Shown: positions 14,546 to 26,945 of the stretch, piece after piece | Numbering within the stretch: position 1 is the stretch's first letter | Layout of the letters: every line of letters starts with the position of its first letter | DNA from: Camelus ferus | Lineage: Eukaryota | Reading direction: 5' to 3' | DNA: 64,000 bases | Assembly: GCF_009834535.1 (NCBI RefSeq) | Contig: NC_045697.1 | Coordinates: 3,970,001-4,034,000, forward strand | The notes under the pieces: generated by a model | The model's database searches: none | What the model was told of the DNA's origin: nothing | What the model saw: only the letters and a program-made list of their open reading frames with translations | Translations under genes and position numbers: made by a program

Positions 14546-16125
14546 ATCCAAGTCCTTATTCACCTACAACTTACCTATACCTAGAATTAGAGAAGCAGAC
14601 TGTGAAGAGGGCATCTGATCCCATCTTTCCCAAACAGAAAACCAACTGTCCAGTATCACTGATGGATCAGCCCTCCACCCTGATCTGTGACACCCCTTCT
14701 CTCCCGCACCAGAGTTCCCTACGACCTCAAGCCTCGTGCTCAATATATTCATCCTGCGCCAACATCACACTTGTCTTCATCACTAGACCTTTACACGAAG
14801 TCTTGAGATTCCTCTTCAGGAGTGTCTTCCCATTCTTGGCCCTTTGTTCTTTCTTATCATTTCAGAATCAGACATCACATTCTATGCCAAGCTCTGCTGG
14901 GATTTTGATTGGAAATGCATTAAATATACAGAACAATTTGAGGAGAACTGACTGCTTTCTAGTATTGAACACGGGCCATTTCTCCATTTATTTGGGTCTC
15001 CTTTTATGTCTTTCAAAAAAGTTTTGATTTTCAACACACAGACTGTGGCTGTTAGATTTATTCCCGGATACTAGGTTACAGGTTCTCTTAGGTCTTCTAC
15101 ACAGGCATTGTCTGCACATGACCAGAGTCCTGCGTCCCAGCAGCCCAAGCCCAGCACTGCTGTCCTCTTACTGTGCGGGCTGGCCTCCAGGAGCGCGGTG
15201 AGAAGTGGCATCAGTGGGGCGTCCTTTGTCTTGTACCAGATTACACAGGAACCATTTCCACACTTCCTCACTAAGACTGATGTCTCTTGGTTTTCTGTAG
15301 ACATTCTTTTTATTAGTCAAGACTATTTCCTTCTGCTTGACGTTTGCTAAGAGCATAGACAGAGCTCAGTCACCTATACCTAGAACTAGTGAACAAAGAC
15401 ACTTTCTTCACTATAACCTAAGTGTGGTTTTCTTCCAGCAACAGCAGAAGCAGCTTTGTTTACTGTATCCTTACTACCTAAGTGTTCCCTTTTTACAGAT
15501 GACGAAACTGAAACTTAGAAAATTAATTTCCTCAAACAGCAAGAAAAGAGGAAGAGCTGGGATTTGAAAGCAGACTGAGCTAACTCCAGAGTCAAGCTCT
15601 TCACTACTATAGACCATTTGACAACAATCACAACCACACAGAAGGAGCTTTCTGGTCCTAAAAGGAATGACTTTAGCAGTAATGGTCTGCATCTAACTAT
15701 GGCTTTCTAGGAATTACATTCTGCTTTAAGGTAGTCCCAATTTGACCACGGATTCCTTCAAATCATCAAAGCAGGGCCAACAGGGGAAAGAAAGAGGTAG
15801 GATTAAATGAACTAAGAATTTGAAATTTAGAGTCAAAAGGTTTCAAATTTTTGAGAATGAGCTATTGCTCCAAAGACCTTAATGCCACTGATAAATATTT
15901 GGAAACATGCCAACAGATGGCTAAAGAACACCAAGGAAGTTTCAACCTAACCAAGAGAACAGCAGGTTAGCACAGAAGTTTAAGAAGACCAGTAGGTTTA
16001 ATCTGGGAAAGAAAAGCCAAACGCGCCCTGTGACTGTTCACAGCCCCCTCTGCCGCACACGTCTACACGCCCCCTACACGGGGCGAGGGCTGAGGGCGGT
16101 CACAGAGAAGAGGGAACAGGCTTAC

Positions 16126-16346
16126 CTTGTATTTCTCCACAAGGTCAATCAATGAATCGAGTCAAATCAATCAAAAATTTTCTAAGAAAAATACTGTCCA
16201 ACTGCAGCAGACACTTACGTGCCACCCAGACCGCCAACTGAAGGCTGCGCTGCCGGCTGCGGGAAGCGCTGAGTCAGCCCTCGGGGGCTGCCTCAGCTGC
16301 AGAGAGCTGGCCCGTCCTGCCCTCTCCCAGGAGTCACCTCCAGTGA
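16126..16346 (-). other. Non-coding internal exon (5' UTR exon 2), 221 nt
   Basis: Acceptor GTATTCTCTCATCAG| (AG at 16348-16347) preceded by a TGACTAAC branch-point match. Donor is ACAAG|GTAAG at 16126. No ATG on the minus strand across the exon, which is locally CpG-rich unique sequence. Confidence 0.75.
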
Positions 16347-16371
16347 CTGATGAGAGAATACACGTTCTAGT

Positions 16372-16412
16372 CTAGGTTAGTCAAGGGCTAGACTAGGTTA
16401 GTCAAGGGCTAG
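16372..16412. repeat. 21-bp-period tandem duplication
   Basis: ctaggttagtcaagggctag occurs identically at 16372-16391 and 16393-16412. Confidence 0.95.
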
Positions 16413-16959
16413 TCTAGCTGCATAGTCTCCACGGGTGGGCTAAGGCTGTGGCTGGGCCTGCATGGCAGCCCAGCTCCTCCCTTCTGCGGGTGTGGACCCC
16501 TGGGGTACTTGTTAATCAACATTCTGCATGCTAAACTGCCTGCAGCTGCTTTCCACAGGCCCCACCTACCAAAGGACCCATAAAGGACCTGATGCCCCAT
16601 CGGATTCACATGCCCCTTAAATGTATTTATCAGAAACCACCACCATTTGGCATACCTTTACTTTGTGCAAGACACAAAGCAGCTTAATCTGGAAGGCAAT
16701 GGTGGCATGCTGTCTAGTAATTTTAAAGCCAAGAGAGTGTGATTTCAACACATGCATGAAATGATCCTCCTCATACATCATTGCTCTGCAGAAAAAACAG
16801 AATTCACAGTTCTACTCTACTGAAACCCTGTGTTTTATGTTTAGGAACACGGATATGCTAACCAAAGTTCTAGGCATAGCCATCACTTTCAATTAGTAAC
16901 TCCTTTCCATTCTCTTACAACCACTACTTATATTCATTTTCAGTCTACCTCTCTTCAGG

Positions 16960-17258
16960 CCATAATCCAATGAATCATGTTCTTATAAGATGGAAATTTG
17001 GACAGAGACACACAGAGGATGCCACATCAAGACAGAGGCAGAGACTGGACTGATCTGTCTATAAATCAAGAAATGCCAAAGACAAATAACTACCAGAAAC
17101 TAGGAGAGAGACACAGACTCAGAACCTCCAGAAGGAATCAACCTTGCCAACATCAAGACTGCAGACTTTTCTGGCCTCCAGAACTGAGAGACAATGTTTG
17201 TTGTTCTAAGCCACTCAGTTTGCAGGACTTTACTCCAGCAGCCCTAGGAAACAATACA
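16960..17258 (+). mobile_element. MLT1 (MaLR) LTR, 3' portion
   Basis: cttttctggcctccagaactgagagacaat...ttctaagccactcagtttg...cagcagccctaggaaacaataca. Confidence 0.85.
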
Positions 17259-19009
17259 GCACTTCCCACCCGATGTATGATTGAAACTGCATTTATTCTT
17301 GAACAGCTTTTATCTTGGTAAAAAGTATACAGGGCTGTGACAGTGAGGAGACAGAAAAGGCTAGTTTTGGCATCAGAAGCGTGCCATCTCTACGCTCAGA
17401 GAAAGAGCACCTAATCTAGTGTTGTTCAAACCTTTCTCAAGATGGTAGAACCCAATACTATACCAGAAACAGGTTAAAACGGCACAGGTGAGGGGGCAAC
17501 TGCCCAAACACCCATCTTCCTGTCATTCCACCTCCTGCCTCCTGCCATAAGTATCCAGGCTCTCTAGAATTCTTTTATCCACCCATTTTTCATTCATTCA
17601 TTCAATAAATATTTGAGCATCTACTCTGTGCCAGACAGTGCTTTCACAGCATGAAAAAAACAGCTAAGTCAAACCTCATTTTGTGGATTAAGAAACTTAC
17701 AATGTATTCAGGGTCCCAAGGTGAGTCAAGACCAGGGCCATCGTGGGCCTAGGTCCGAAGCTGGTGCCCTTCCTGTCACACCACTCACCCCTCATCTAAC
17801 CTGTAGATGTGCTGTCATGATTTTCAAGGATCAAAGCAAAGCCTTTTTACTGTGCATTCAGCATATCCTTCTTAATCAAAGTTTCTGGTTGAGCCATTAC
17901 TGTTCACTGTCCCCACATGTCCACAGGCATTTTGAAAAGCTGACAGACCTGATGCCTGAGCCAGAGGGAAAGTGAGACCAACCCTACCCAACTGCAGCCA
18001 CCGCAGTATGCTACCTGAGCCTTTTCAAGGTGATGGTCTGCCTGCCCTGGCAAGGACTGAGTACGTTCCACTAAGGAGTCTCGTTTCCATGACGGCTTCC
18101 ACCACATGGCTAGGGGAAAAACTTATAAACACTGTTCTTAGATGTACAAGTGTGTTCTTTATGGAACTGGGAGAATAAAATGCGGGGGGGGGGGGGAGAT
18201 GATAACGTCTAAGGGGAAAAACATTTGCCCAATACACCTATTGAGATAATAAAAATGAGGCCCACGAGCTGCACCGGAAGGTCCTCAGACCACCCACTGG
18301 CAGTGGAGGGCCAAGCCTGTGCTGCAATCCGGAGCTCCGAGCAGTGATCAGGACCGAAGTGGATGGGGGTGCCAAACCACAGGGACTAAGGGAACCAAAT
18401 GAAAACCACATGATCAGTTTAGATAGCGGATGGTAACATTGTAGCTAGGTCCACTCTAGGGCCTTAGTGAACATTAAAAGGTAACCTATGGAGCTTAGAA
18501 ATGGAAAAAGGAAGGTAAGATACTCTCACAGTAGTTTCATCAAGGGAAGGTTGCAGGATGAAAGAAAGCCCGGAGAGCAAGGCTCCGAGGTCAGTCACTT
18601 GCCTGCATTGACTGTGTCCAATCTTCTAAACGTGGGCTTCTTCCTATTGCCGGGCTGATTCCGCGGAGAGGCTACATTACATCTCCTGCTGAACAGACTG
18701 CTTTCTTGTCCTGATGACACTCACTTAAAAAAAAACAAACAGTACAGGGAAAGATCCCGATCTCACAAACCACCTCCAAGAGGCAAGCCCATCCATGACC
18801 TGGTGCTCAGGCCTCCCTGCTCTCTAGTACTTTCGTTTACTCAAGTTCTAGAGAAACTAGTGAAGCTCACTTGCCTGGAGACCACAGCTGTTATCATCCG
18901 CAATCACGCCGCCTTCATCGGCCCCTCCACCCCGGGCTCCTCCTCCTGCCCTAACTCTGCACACTCAGTCCTTGGACTTGTCTGTTTACATTCACTTCTT
19001 CCATCGGCA

Positions 19010-19298
19010 TCACCCAACAGAAAACTTGGGTCACACCTCTGTAATTTAAAATTTTCTAGTAGCCATATTATACATTAATACTATATTTTATACAACTCAA
19101 AAGATCCAAAATGTTATCACTCCAAATAGAATCCCGGTAAAAGATTACTGAGCTATTTTACTTCCTTTTTTTCTCATACTAAGTCTTTGAAATTCAGTAT
19201 GTATTTGATGTTACAGAACATCTCAAGCCAAACCAGTTACATTTCATGTGCTCAAAAGCCACATGCAGCTCATGGCTACCTTACTAAACAGCACAGTC
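19010..19298. mobile_element. MER33-like hAT-Charlie element
   Basis: aatttaaaattttctagtagcca...catactaagtctttgaaattcagt...gtgctcaaaagccacatg...ggctacc. Confidence 0.8.
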
Positions 19299-19468
19299 CT
19301 AGATGGTCTCCAGCTCCATGATTTTAAATACATCTATGTAGAGATTACTCCAACTTTCTCTTTACTCTGCTTCCCTCTTGTGAACCCCAAAATCCTAGAG
19401 CCATCAAGCTACTAGACAGTTAGGTGTCTAATTGGCATTTCAATTTATGTCTAAAAAACAAATCTCTG

Positions 19469-19723
19469 GGGGTGGGAAAGGATAAGTTGGGAGTTTGAGA
19501 TCTGCAGGCACTACTATACATAAAACAAATAGCAACAATAAGTTTATACTGTATAGCACAAGGAACTATGTCCAATATCTTATAGTAACCTATAATGAAA
19601 AAGAACATGAAACGAGTATGTATGAGTTTATGTGTGATTGAAACATGCTGTACACCAGAAACTAACACATTGTAAACTGACTAGAGTTCAATAAATAAAA
19701 ATAAATAAAATGAAATAAAATAA
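19469..19723 (+). mobile_element. 5'-truncated lineage L1 3' end with A-rich tail, inserted in an L2
   Basis: gggagtttgagat...ctgtatagcacaaggaactat...acattgtaaactgacta plus an (aaata)n tail. Short TSD aaa(t/c)ctctg. Confidence 0.85.
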
Positions 19724-21490
19724 AAACCTCTGAATTCTCACCACAATCCTTGCCATGACCTTCCCAATGATGGGCAAGGGCAAGTCCATGTTTCCACTGC
19801 TCAAGCCAAAATCTCTGGCATCATCCTTGACTCCCCCCCTTCCGCTCACAATCCATACCTAGCCCACCACAAACCCTCTTATTTCTGCCTTCACAACGAT
19901 CCCCCACCGGGGTCTTTCACCTGTTCTGCCCTCTCCCTGAACAGGGCTCTGCTCCTCAGGTATCTCCACATCTTTCCCCCATCCTTCCCCCAGGTCTCAG
20001 CTCAAAGTGTCATCTTACCAGAAAGCCCTTCCCTGTCCACCCTAAACAGCACAACACCCTTACGTTCTACTTTATTTTTCCTCTCAGCACAAAATTTTCA
20101 CTCGGCATGTGTATCCATTTCCTTACTCGCACTGTCAGTCTCTCCCCAACCCCGGCCAAGGCAGGACAGTATGGTGGCCACGAAGTAGTCAGATAGCCCC
20201 TCAGGAGAACCTGCCCTGGGGAGCCCAGCTGACTGACAGCCTCATGCTGCTACGCATTCAGAGTCACCACAGCAAGGATATCAGGCCACGAGTCCCTTAG
20301 GCTGCTCCCAGCAATGCTGGCCAGGAAGGGTTACCAGGCCCTATCTGCACAGAGCCCAAAAGCCTGGCCAAGGCTGTCTCCAAACTGCCCTGGCCTGAGG
20401 CTGTTCCCGCCCAGCCCCCCCCATCGCTCCCTGCACAGGGTGACACCCCCACAGGGTCACACCTGCATGGAAGTCAGGAGACCCTTCCTAGCACTCTTGC
20501 TCCCTCCCTCTCCTTGACTCTCACTGCCAGCTCCTCCGGTAAGTCTCCTACATGTCTAACCATCTTGACATCTCTGCCTAGGACACTGCAGGCAGCCAAG
20601 TACTGTGTGAATGGATACACCTGGAGGAAGGGTCAGGCAGTAGAAAGTACGTGAACTTTAAGTTGCAAAGATGGAAGTCTGGGCCCATGCTCTGCATGCA
20701 TTACGTGCAACCTTAGGGAAGCTTCTCGAGACCTTGGAGTCGCAGTGTCATCCTCTGTAAAACAAAGACAGCACCACCTCTCAAGGGTTGTCAGAAGGAT
20801 TGAAGGACACAGTTTACCTGAGGGCCCGAACAAAACCTCACATGCGGGAAGTGCTTTAACAAGCCTGAGCTCATTCTCCTCCTTAGGCATTTTCTGCAGC
20901 TACTTTTAAGGATCCTTTACCTTTTCCCCTTCACCACGAGCTCTGACTACTTTTTAATAAAGCCCCAAATAATCCTCAATACCCACTAGTGAATCCCTCA
21001 TTCAACTGAGCCTAACTGATGAATAAACTTTATTTTCACTCTAGACTTGCTCTAATGGGCTTAGGGTTTATTTGACTAGATTTTAGACAGTGAAATCTCA
21101 TCAGAGACAGGTATCTTAACACTGTAACTTAAGTTGTTTCCCTAAAGCTTCAAGCACACTTAAAAAAAGGCAACAACCAATACAAAGTCTAAAACTGCAG
21201 TTCAGTACCAATTTCTTACTAAGGTTTTTAGGGCTCTTTAAATTTTTTTTTTAAGTTTCTAGCAGTCTACATCATTATGGAGTTTTCCAAAAAAACAGTA
21301 CACACTGACTTTACGTATTTTAATTTAGCAGTTTTTTAAGAAGACTCAAGTGTGATGTGTGTGCACTTGTACTTGCATTTCAAAAAGCCCCTGAGTGGAC
21401 GCACTAAACTGTGGAGGAAGTCACTCACAAGGAGCGGGGTCAGGAGGCGTGAGGATGAGGGATTCTCCCTTTCACATGCTTCCGTTTCTA

Positions 21491-21645
21491 TAGGGCTGGC
21501 TACATAATGCGTGGGGTCTGGTGCAAAGTGAAAATGCAGGCCCCTTAAACAAAAAAGACCATCAAGACTGTGACAGCCGAGCATTAAACCAAGGGACGAC
21601 CCTCTGTGTCAGTACAGGGTGCTGGCTCAGGAAGCCAATCCCGAG
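21491..21645 (-). mobile_element. MER45A-like hAT-Tip100 element
   Basis: gggctggctacataat...gtgcaaagtgaaaatgcaggcccct...gagcattaaaccaag. Confidence 0.8.
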
Positions 21646-24239
21646 CCTTTATAACTTTTATTAACCTGGTATTTAACATGAAATACAAAGAACTGTCTTC
21701 CTTGATAGTACAAAATCGCACCACAGGACTACTTCAGAGAAAATATCCTGCCTGATGTCTAGAATTAATTTAAAAAATGTAGCCACCAAGAAAAATTTTA
21801 ACACGATCAATGATAATTTAGAGAAGTTAGGAACTTTTTGGTCAGTTTTTTTTTATTTTAAAGCTGCTTAGAGTAAGACGGTTTCTCACCTAAGTTTCCC
21901 AAAACATATGGATAAAAATGCTCACTGCCTCACTGTAACTAGGAGCCCACCCCTTACAGTTAAACAGATTCCGGCTGGTGCACTCATACCGTGGGATACT
22001 AGGCACATTAAAAAAAAAAAACACAGTGAAGTAGATCTGTTTGTGCTGATATGGAAAGCACTCCAAGATACAAAGTTTAGTGTTTGTTTAAACAGAACAC
22101 TCTCTACCATGACACCCAGTTTTTAAAAGCATAAGCATAAATTTTTTCTATGATAACCAAGAAGCTTATCAGTGATTTTTCAAGATGACTACAGGACAGG
22201 AAGGGGCACAAAAGAGGAGATTTATTTTTCATCTTATAACTTACTATAACATCTTATAACTGCTGTTTTAGATTTTTCAACACGTACTTTTTAAAAAATA
22301 AATAGGCTTTATAAGAGTTATTTATATTCAAAATAACGCTTTGGTCAAACATACAAAATATACTTTGATAGTTTTAAATTAAGCTTTACATTTTATAAAA
22401 ACAAGAAATTCCTTCGATGGTACCAGCAAAAAATTAACAAGAATACAACCAGTACTTAATTATCTATGGTGGTAATCAAAGGAAGCAGTGACAAGTAACA
22501 ACCACCACCAAAAAAAGGATCAAAAAATGTGTCTATTTAATTTCAACTTTTTCATGGTGACCATTCTGTAATGTATAAAAAGAACTGAATCACTATGCTG
22601 TGCACCCAAAACTAACACAATATTGTAAGTCAATTACACTTTAATAAAACATTCGTTTTCAACCTTTCCCATCATTAAAATCTTCAGGAAAGATGCTAAC
22701 AAGGAGAAAAATGTTAATCAGATACCTTTGAAAAGGCTAGTAATTGAAGAAAAAAATAAAGAGCTTGAATAAATCCACAAACTGGGCAAACAATTTTGAA
22801 ATAGTTATGTACTGGCTATTACAATTCCAAAGGTACTTTGGAAAATGTAATTGAACTAGAAGCAAAGTCCCAACTGAAAGGGAAAATAAACCTCTCCCCA
22901 CTTTCTACCTCCCGCTGTGATTAACAGCCATATTACCAAAAAAGAAATTTCAAAGTATGTTGAGGCCCACTTCTTTATACTCACTTATCTCCAAGTATTT
23001 TTTCCCCCAAGAGGTGACTGACCCATTTTATTTCAAGGTGTATACTGAGTGACTGCTCCCGGTGCCAGGCACTACAGACACACAGCTCGCTTCCAGGCAC
23101 CAGAAAACCACATACACACAAACACACACATATACACACGCTGCCTGTATTCACAGGACTCACATTCTTTCATCACTCTAGCTAGAAACACACACACACA
23201 AAGCAACACACCCTCAAGCCGCTGTGCAATTATTAATCCTCTAACTGTCCGATTGCTTTTATTTCTAATAGATACTAGTCCATCCACTGGGACAGGCCTA
23301 TCATCCCCAATTCTTCGGGACAGATTTTAAAAGAGATTTATTAGAAATATATAGATTTCCAATGACTAAAAAAGCTCATAATCATATATGTAGTTAATGT
23401 AAGTTAAATAGCAATCAATACATATTCTTACGTTGCTGCTAGTGGGGAATTCCATATTATATTAGAACCAACAGATACCACCTTTTAAAATTTCTGGATA
23501 CAACCTGACAATAAGTCATGCATATAAATTTAAAAATAGTAACTAAATATTTAATTAAGTTTCAAAATTGCAGCTCGTTTTCCTCATCAGCTTCTCCCTA
23601 TCTAGCCGGGGGGGGGGGGGGGTTAAGACTACTGAGCAGACAAATGGAGAGACAGAGGACTATGGAGAAAGCCTACCAACAGGAAAAAGCTTTGGAGATG
23701 ACATCAAAAACAAAATTTCAACAGTCATTCCAAATACTAAGTAGGGAGATTCTATTGCTCAATGTATAATTATAAGACATAGATTAAAATGAAAACATGT
23801 GCTTTACTGAAAATAATACACAGTGTAAAATTTGACAATCCACTTACACTGACTTTCTTAAGCCACATGCAAAAAATCTGGCTCACCTACAGAAGGTTTG
23901 CCTGTCTTCAGAGTAATTTTGGACCATCATCATGAATCTGCTTGTGCAGAAGCTCCCTCCAACCAGATATGCATTTTTCTGCTTATTCTCAAAACTAATC
24001 AAAGAATGGAGGTGATGTTGGAAAGACCAGATGATTCTTTTTTCCTTTACACATGAACCAGAAATAAATCTGTCAACAGTTACAGTAACCGGCATATATA
24101 ACCAACCAACTACGTATCCACTAGTGTTCTCCACACCTGCTCCAACTAATAGCTAAAAGCTGCCACTTACTGAGCACTTACTGGACCCTGTTCTGAGTGT
24201 GTCATGTGGATATATGAAGCTCTCATATAAAGCGATTCC

Positions 24240-24766
24240 CACAAAAACAGACATATGGATCCATGGAACAGCACAGACAACCCAGAAATAAACCCACACA
24301 CCTACGGTCAATTAATCTTCAACAAAGGAGGCAATAATACACAATGGAGAAAAGACAGTCTCTTCAGCAAGTGGTGTTGGGAAAGCTAGAAAGCCGCACG
24401 CCAGTCAATGAAGTTAGAACATTCACAACGCACACAAAAATAAACTCAAAATGGCCTAAAGACTTAAATAAGACAGGACACCATAAAATTCCTAGAAGAG
24501 AACACAGGCAAAACATTCTGACATAAATTGTAAGGTTTTCTTAGGTCAGCCTACCAAAGCAATAGAAATAAAAGCAAAAATAAACAAATTGGACCAATTA
24601 ACCTTGTAAGCTTTTGCACAGCAAAGGAAACCATAAACAGAACAAAACAGACAACCTATGGAATGGGTGAAAATATTTGCAAACGATGAGACTGACAAGG
24701 GCTTAATTCCCAAAATATACAAACAGCTCATGCAACTCAATAACAAAAAAAACAAACAACCGAATC
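24240..24766 (+). mobile_element. Internal L1 ORF2 fragment (relatively young, no 3' UTR or poly-A)
   Basis: Translates from 24240 as [49 protein letters not shown], matching the conserved post-RT region of L1 ORF2p. Confidence 0.92.
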
Positions 24767-24829
24767 ATACTAAGCCATTCCAACCCTGTTTCCCATCTGC
24801 TGAAATCAAGAAATGGAGGGTGACTGAGT

Positions 24830-26945
24830 TAATTCAATCAAGCATTTAATGGACAAGTACTATGTGAAAGACTACATTGCACACTAGAAGGAATCAGGAA
24901 TGGATAAGATTTTCCTCTCTTCCCTTAAGGAGTTTAAAACCCACGTAAAGAATAAACTAAAAAGTTAAAAAAAAAAAAAAAAAGCTGAGTGCAAGTATCA
25001 TCCAACACTGTGTGGGGGAAATATAATGACAAGTTAATTCTGAAAATCAGGGGAAGCCTCTTTCATAGAAGTAGAAGCATTTAAGCCAAGCCTTCAGTAC
25101 TAAGGATTCTGGTAAGGAAAAGGCAGAAAGGACATTCCAGTAAAGGAGTCCAACAAACAACCATGAAAGTGGCTAGAGGTCTAATGTTAAAATATAAGCT
25201 GATGAGAAAGGAGCAGTAAAATTTGAAGCTAAAAGTTACAATGAGGCCAGATGGCACAGGTCTCAGAATGATTTACTAACCCTTTAACACTAATTCTCAA
25301 CCGGTCAGGTGGTGGTGGCTCCAAGGTGAAAATCTTCGTAGGAGTAAGCCTACAGCCAGAACTAGGTCATATCCCACAGGTGTGATGGAGTCGAGGGAAA
25401 TGCTAAGAACCTCTGGTATATACCTGGGGGGGGGGAGGGCATGATATGATTTGATTTGCATATTGAATAATTCTGGTAGCAGAACACAGGAGGACTAGAG
25501 AGGAGAGAAATCGGGAGGCCAATCTGTAGGCCTAAGTAACAACCTACACATGGCCTGACAAGAGCCAGCGAGGGCAGGGGTGGAAGAATGGCTGAGGAGA
25601 AAAAAAAAAAAGTTGATGGAAAAGACACACGGAAGCAGACCTGATAAAAATCTGGTCAAGAAAGGGAAGACTCAAAAAATTGTTCCCAGCCTGGGTAACA
25701 AGGACAAATGTGTTGTAAAGTAATACATCTTATTGCCTTATATCTGAACAAGGGTGTGCAGTACACACAGTACAGCCCACTTTAAGTGACAATGCAAAGC
25801 AAACATAACGCGGACAAAGCTGTTCTCATTTCACGAAAAAAAACTGGAGTCCAAGAGTTAAATGACTTGCCCGTGGTGACCTGGGGGTGAGATGAGCCAA
25901 GACACAAACCTGAGTCTTTCAAATACCCAGGTCTGATGCTCTGTAAATAAGCCCCCTCAAAAGCAGTTTACTTTTTACGGATATAATAAATCTCTCCAAA
26001 AAACCACCCAGTGTAATGGAATGTAATCTGCTGGGAGTGCAATTATATTTCACAGATAAAGAATACTTTAAAACTTGTCCTCTGATCCCCTCTCCCAATA
26101 GACAGTGGCAGTGACTTCACTCAGCAGTGCTGGCTCATGGACCCTAAAAGTTTCAACACAGATGGCAGAGGTGGACATTTGTACTTTGTATAAAAATATC
26201 ACTTGGTATTTTGTGAGAAGTCAAAAATAACTGAAAAGAAATATGCCAAGTATTAACTATCTTCAACATAATAAAACTGCATTTCCAGTGTTCTGGTTGG
26301 TATTCTGACATTTGTTATTAAAACACTTTATAATAATAATGCCCTCCATAAGGTGGATTACAGACTTTGACTTCATTTGGCAAACATTTGAACATTTTCA
26401 TGTTTAAACCCCTGAACAAGGTATTGGGGGTAAAATAATGATATGGTCACCACAGCCAGAGTTCAACATACACAACATGTGACACAGGCAATAATGAAAG
26501 TGAAAATTTCGAAGTGAGGATTGTGACTGCAGAAATAATTCATTTTGATAGGATTTCCTAAGGGCTCCAGAGAGGACATAAAATCTGATGTGGACTTTTA
26601 AAAAGTGGAGGGGGTGGAAGTGAGACAGGGCATTCCAATCAGAGAAAAGGACAGAGGGAAGAAGGGGTGAAGCAGTTGGCACGCTCAGAGAACCAGGAGT
26701 GGTCTCATTTAGCAGTACAGTGTGGAAAGGGAACAAAGGGGACCAGCGAAGTTCAGTCTGACTAGGCTCAGACTGGGAGCTGCCTTGAACGTGAGGCTGG
26801 TGGTCTGGATTCTAGTCCAAACAACAGGCAATCTTAGAAGCTTTCTGAGCCACAGACTGACAAGATCCAATCTGTGTTTAGGAAAGATGACCTCACAGCC
26901 AGGCAAAGTGTAGACAGGAAGGGGTGGGGAAGAGTCTGAAGACCA
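24830..26945. mobile_element. L2 and MIR fragments
   Basis: L2 end (attcaatcaagcatttaatggacaagtactatgtg), purine-rich L2 body pieces, and a MIR core at ~25820-25930 (aagagttaaatgacttgcccgtggtgac). Confidence 0.65.

Larger units (their letters stand above)
12870..15350 (-). mobile_element. Ancient L1ME-type fragments interrupted by MER5 and MLT1
   Basis: T-rich decayed L1 antisense signatures (atttaatttgcatttctct; gggattttgattggaaatgcattaaat; aatttgaggagaactgac). Confidence 0.7.
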
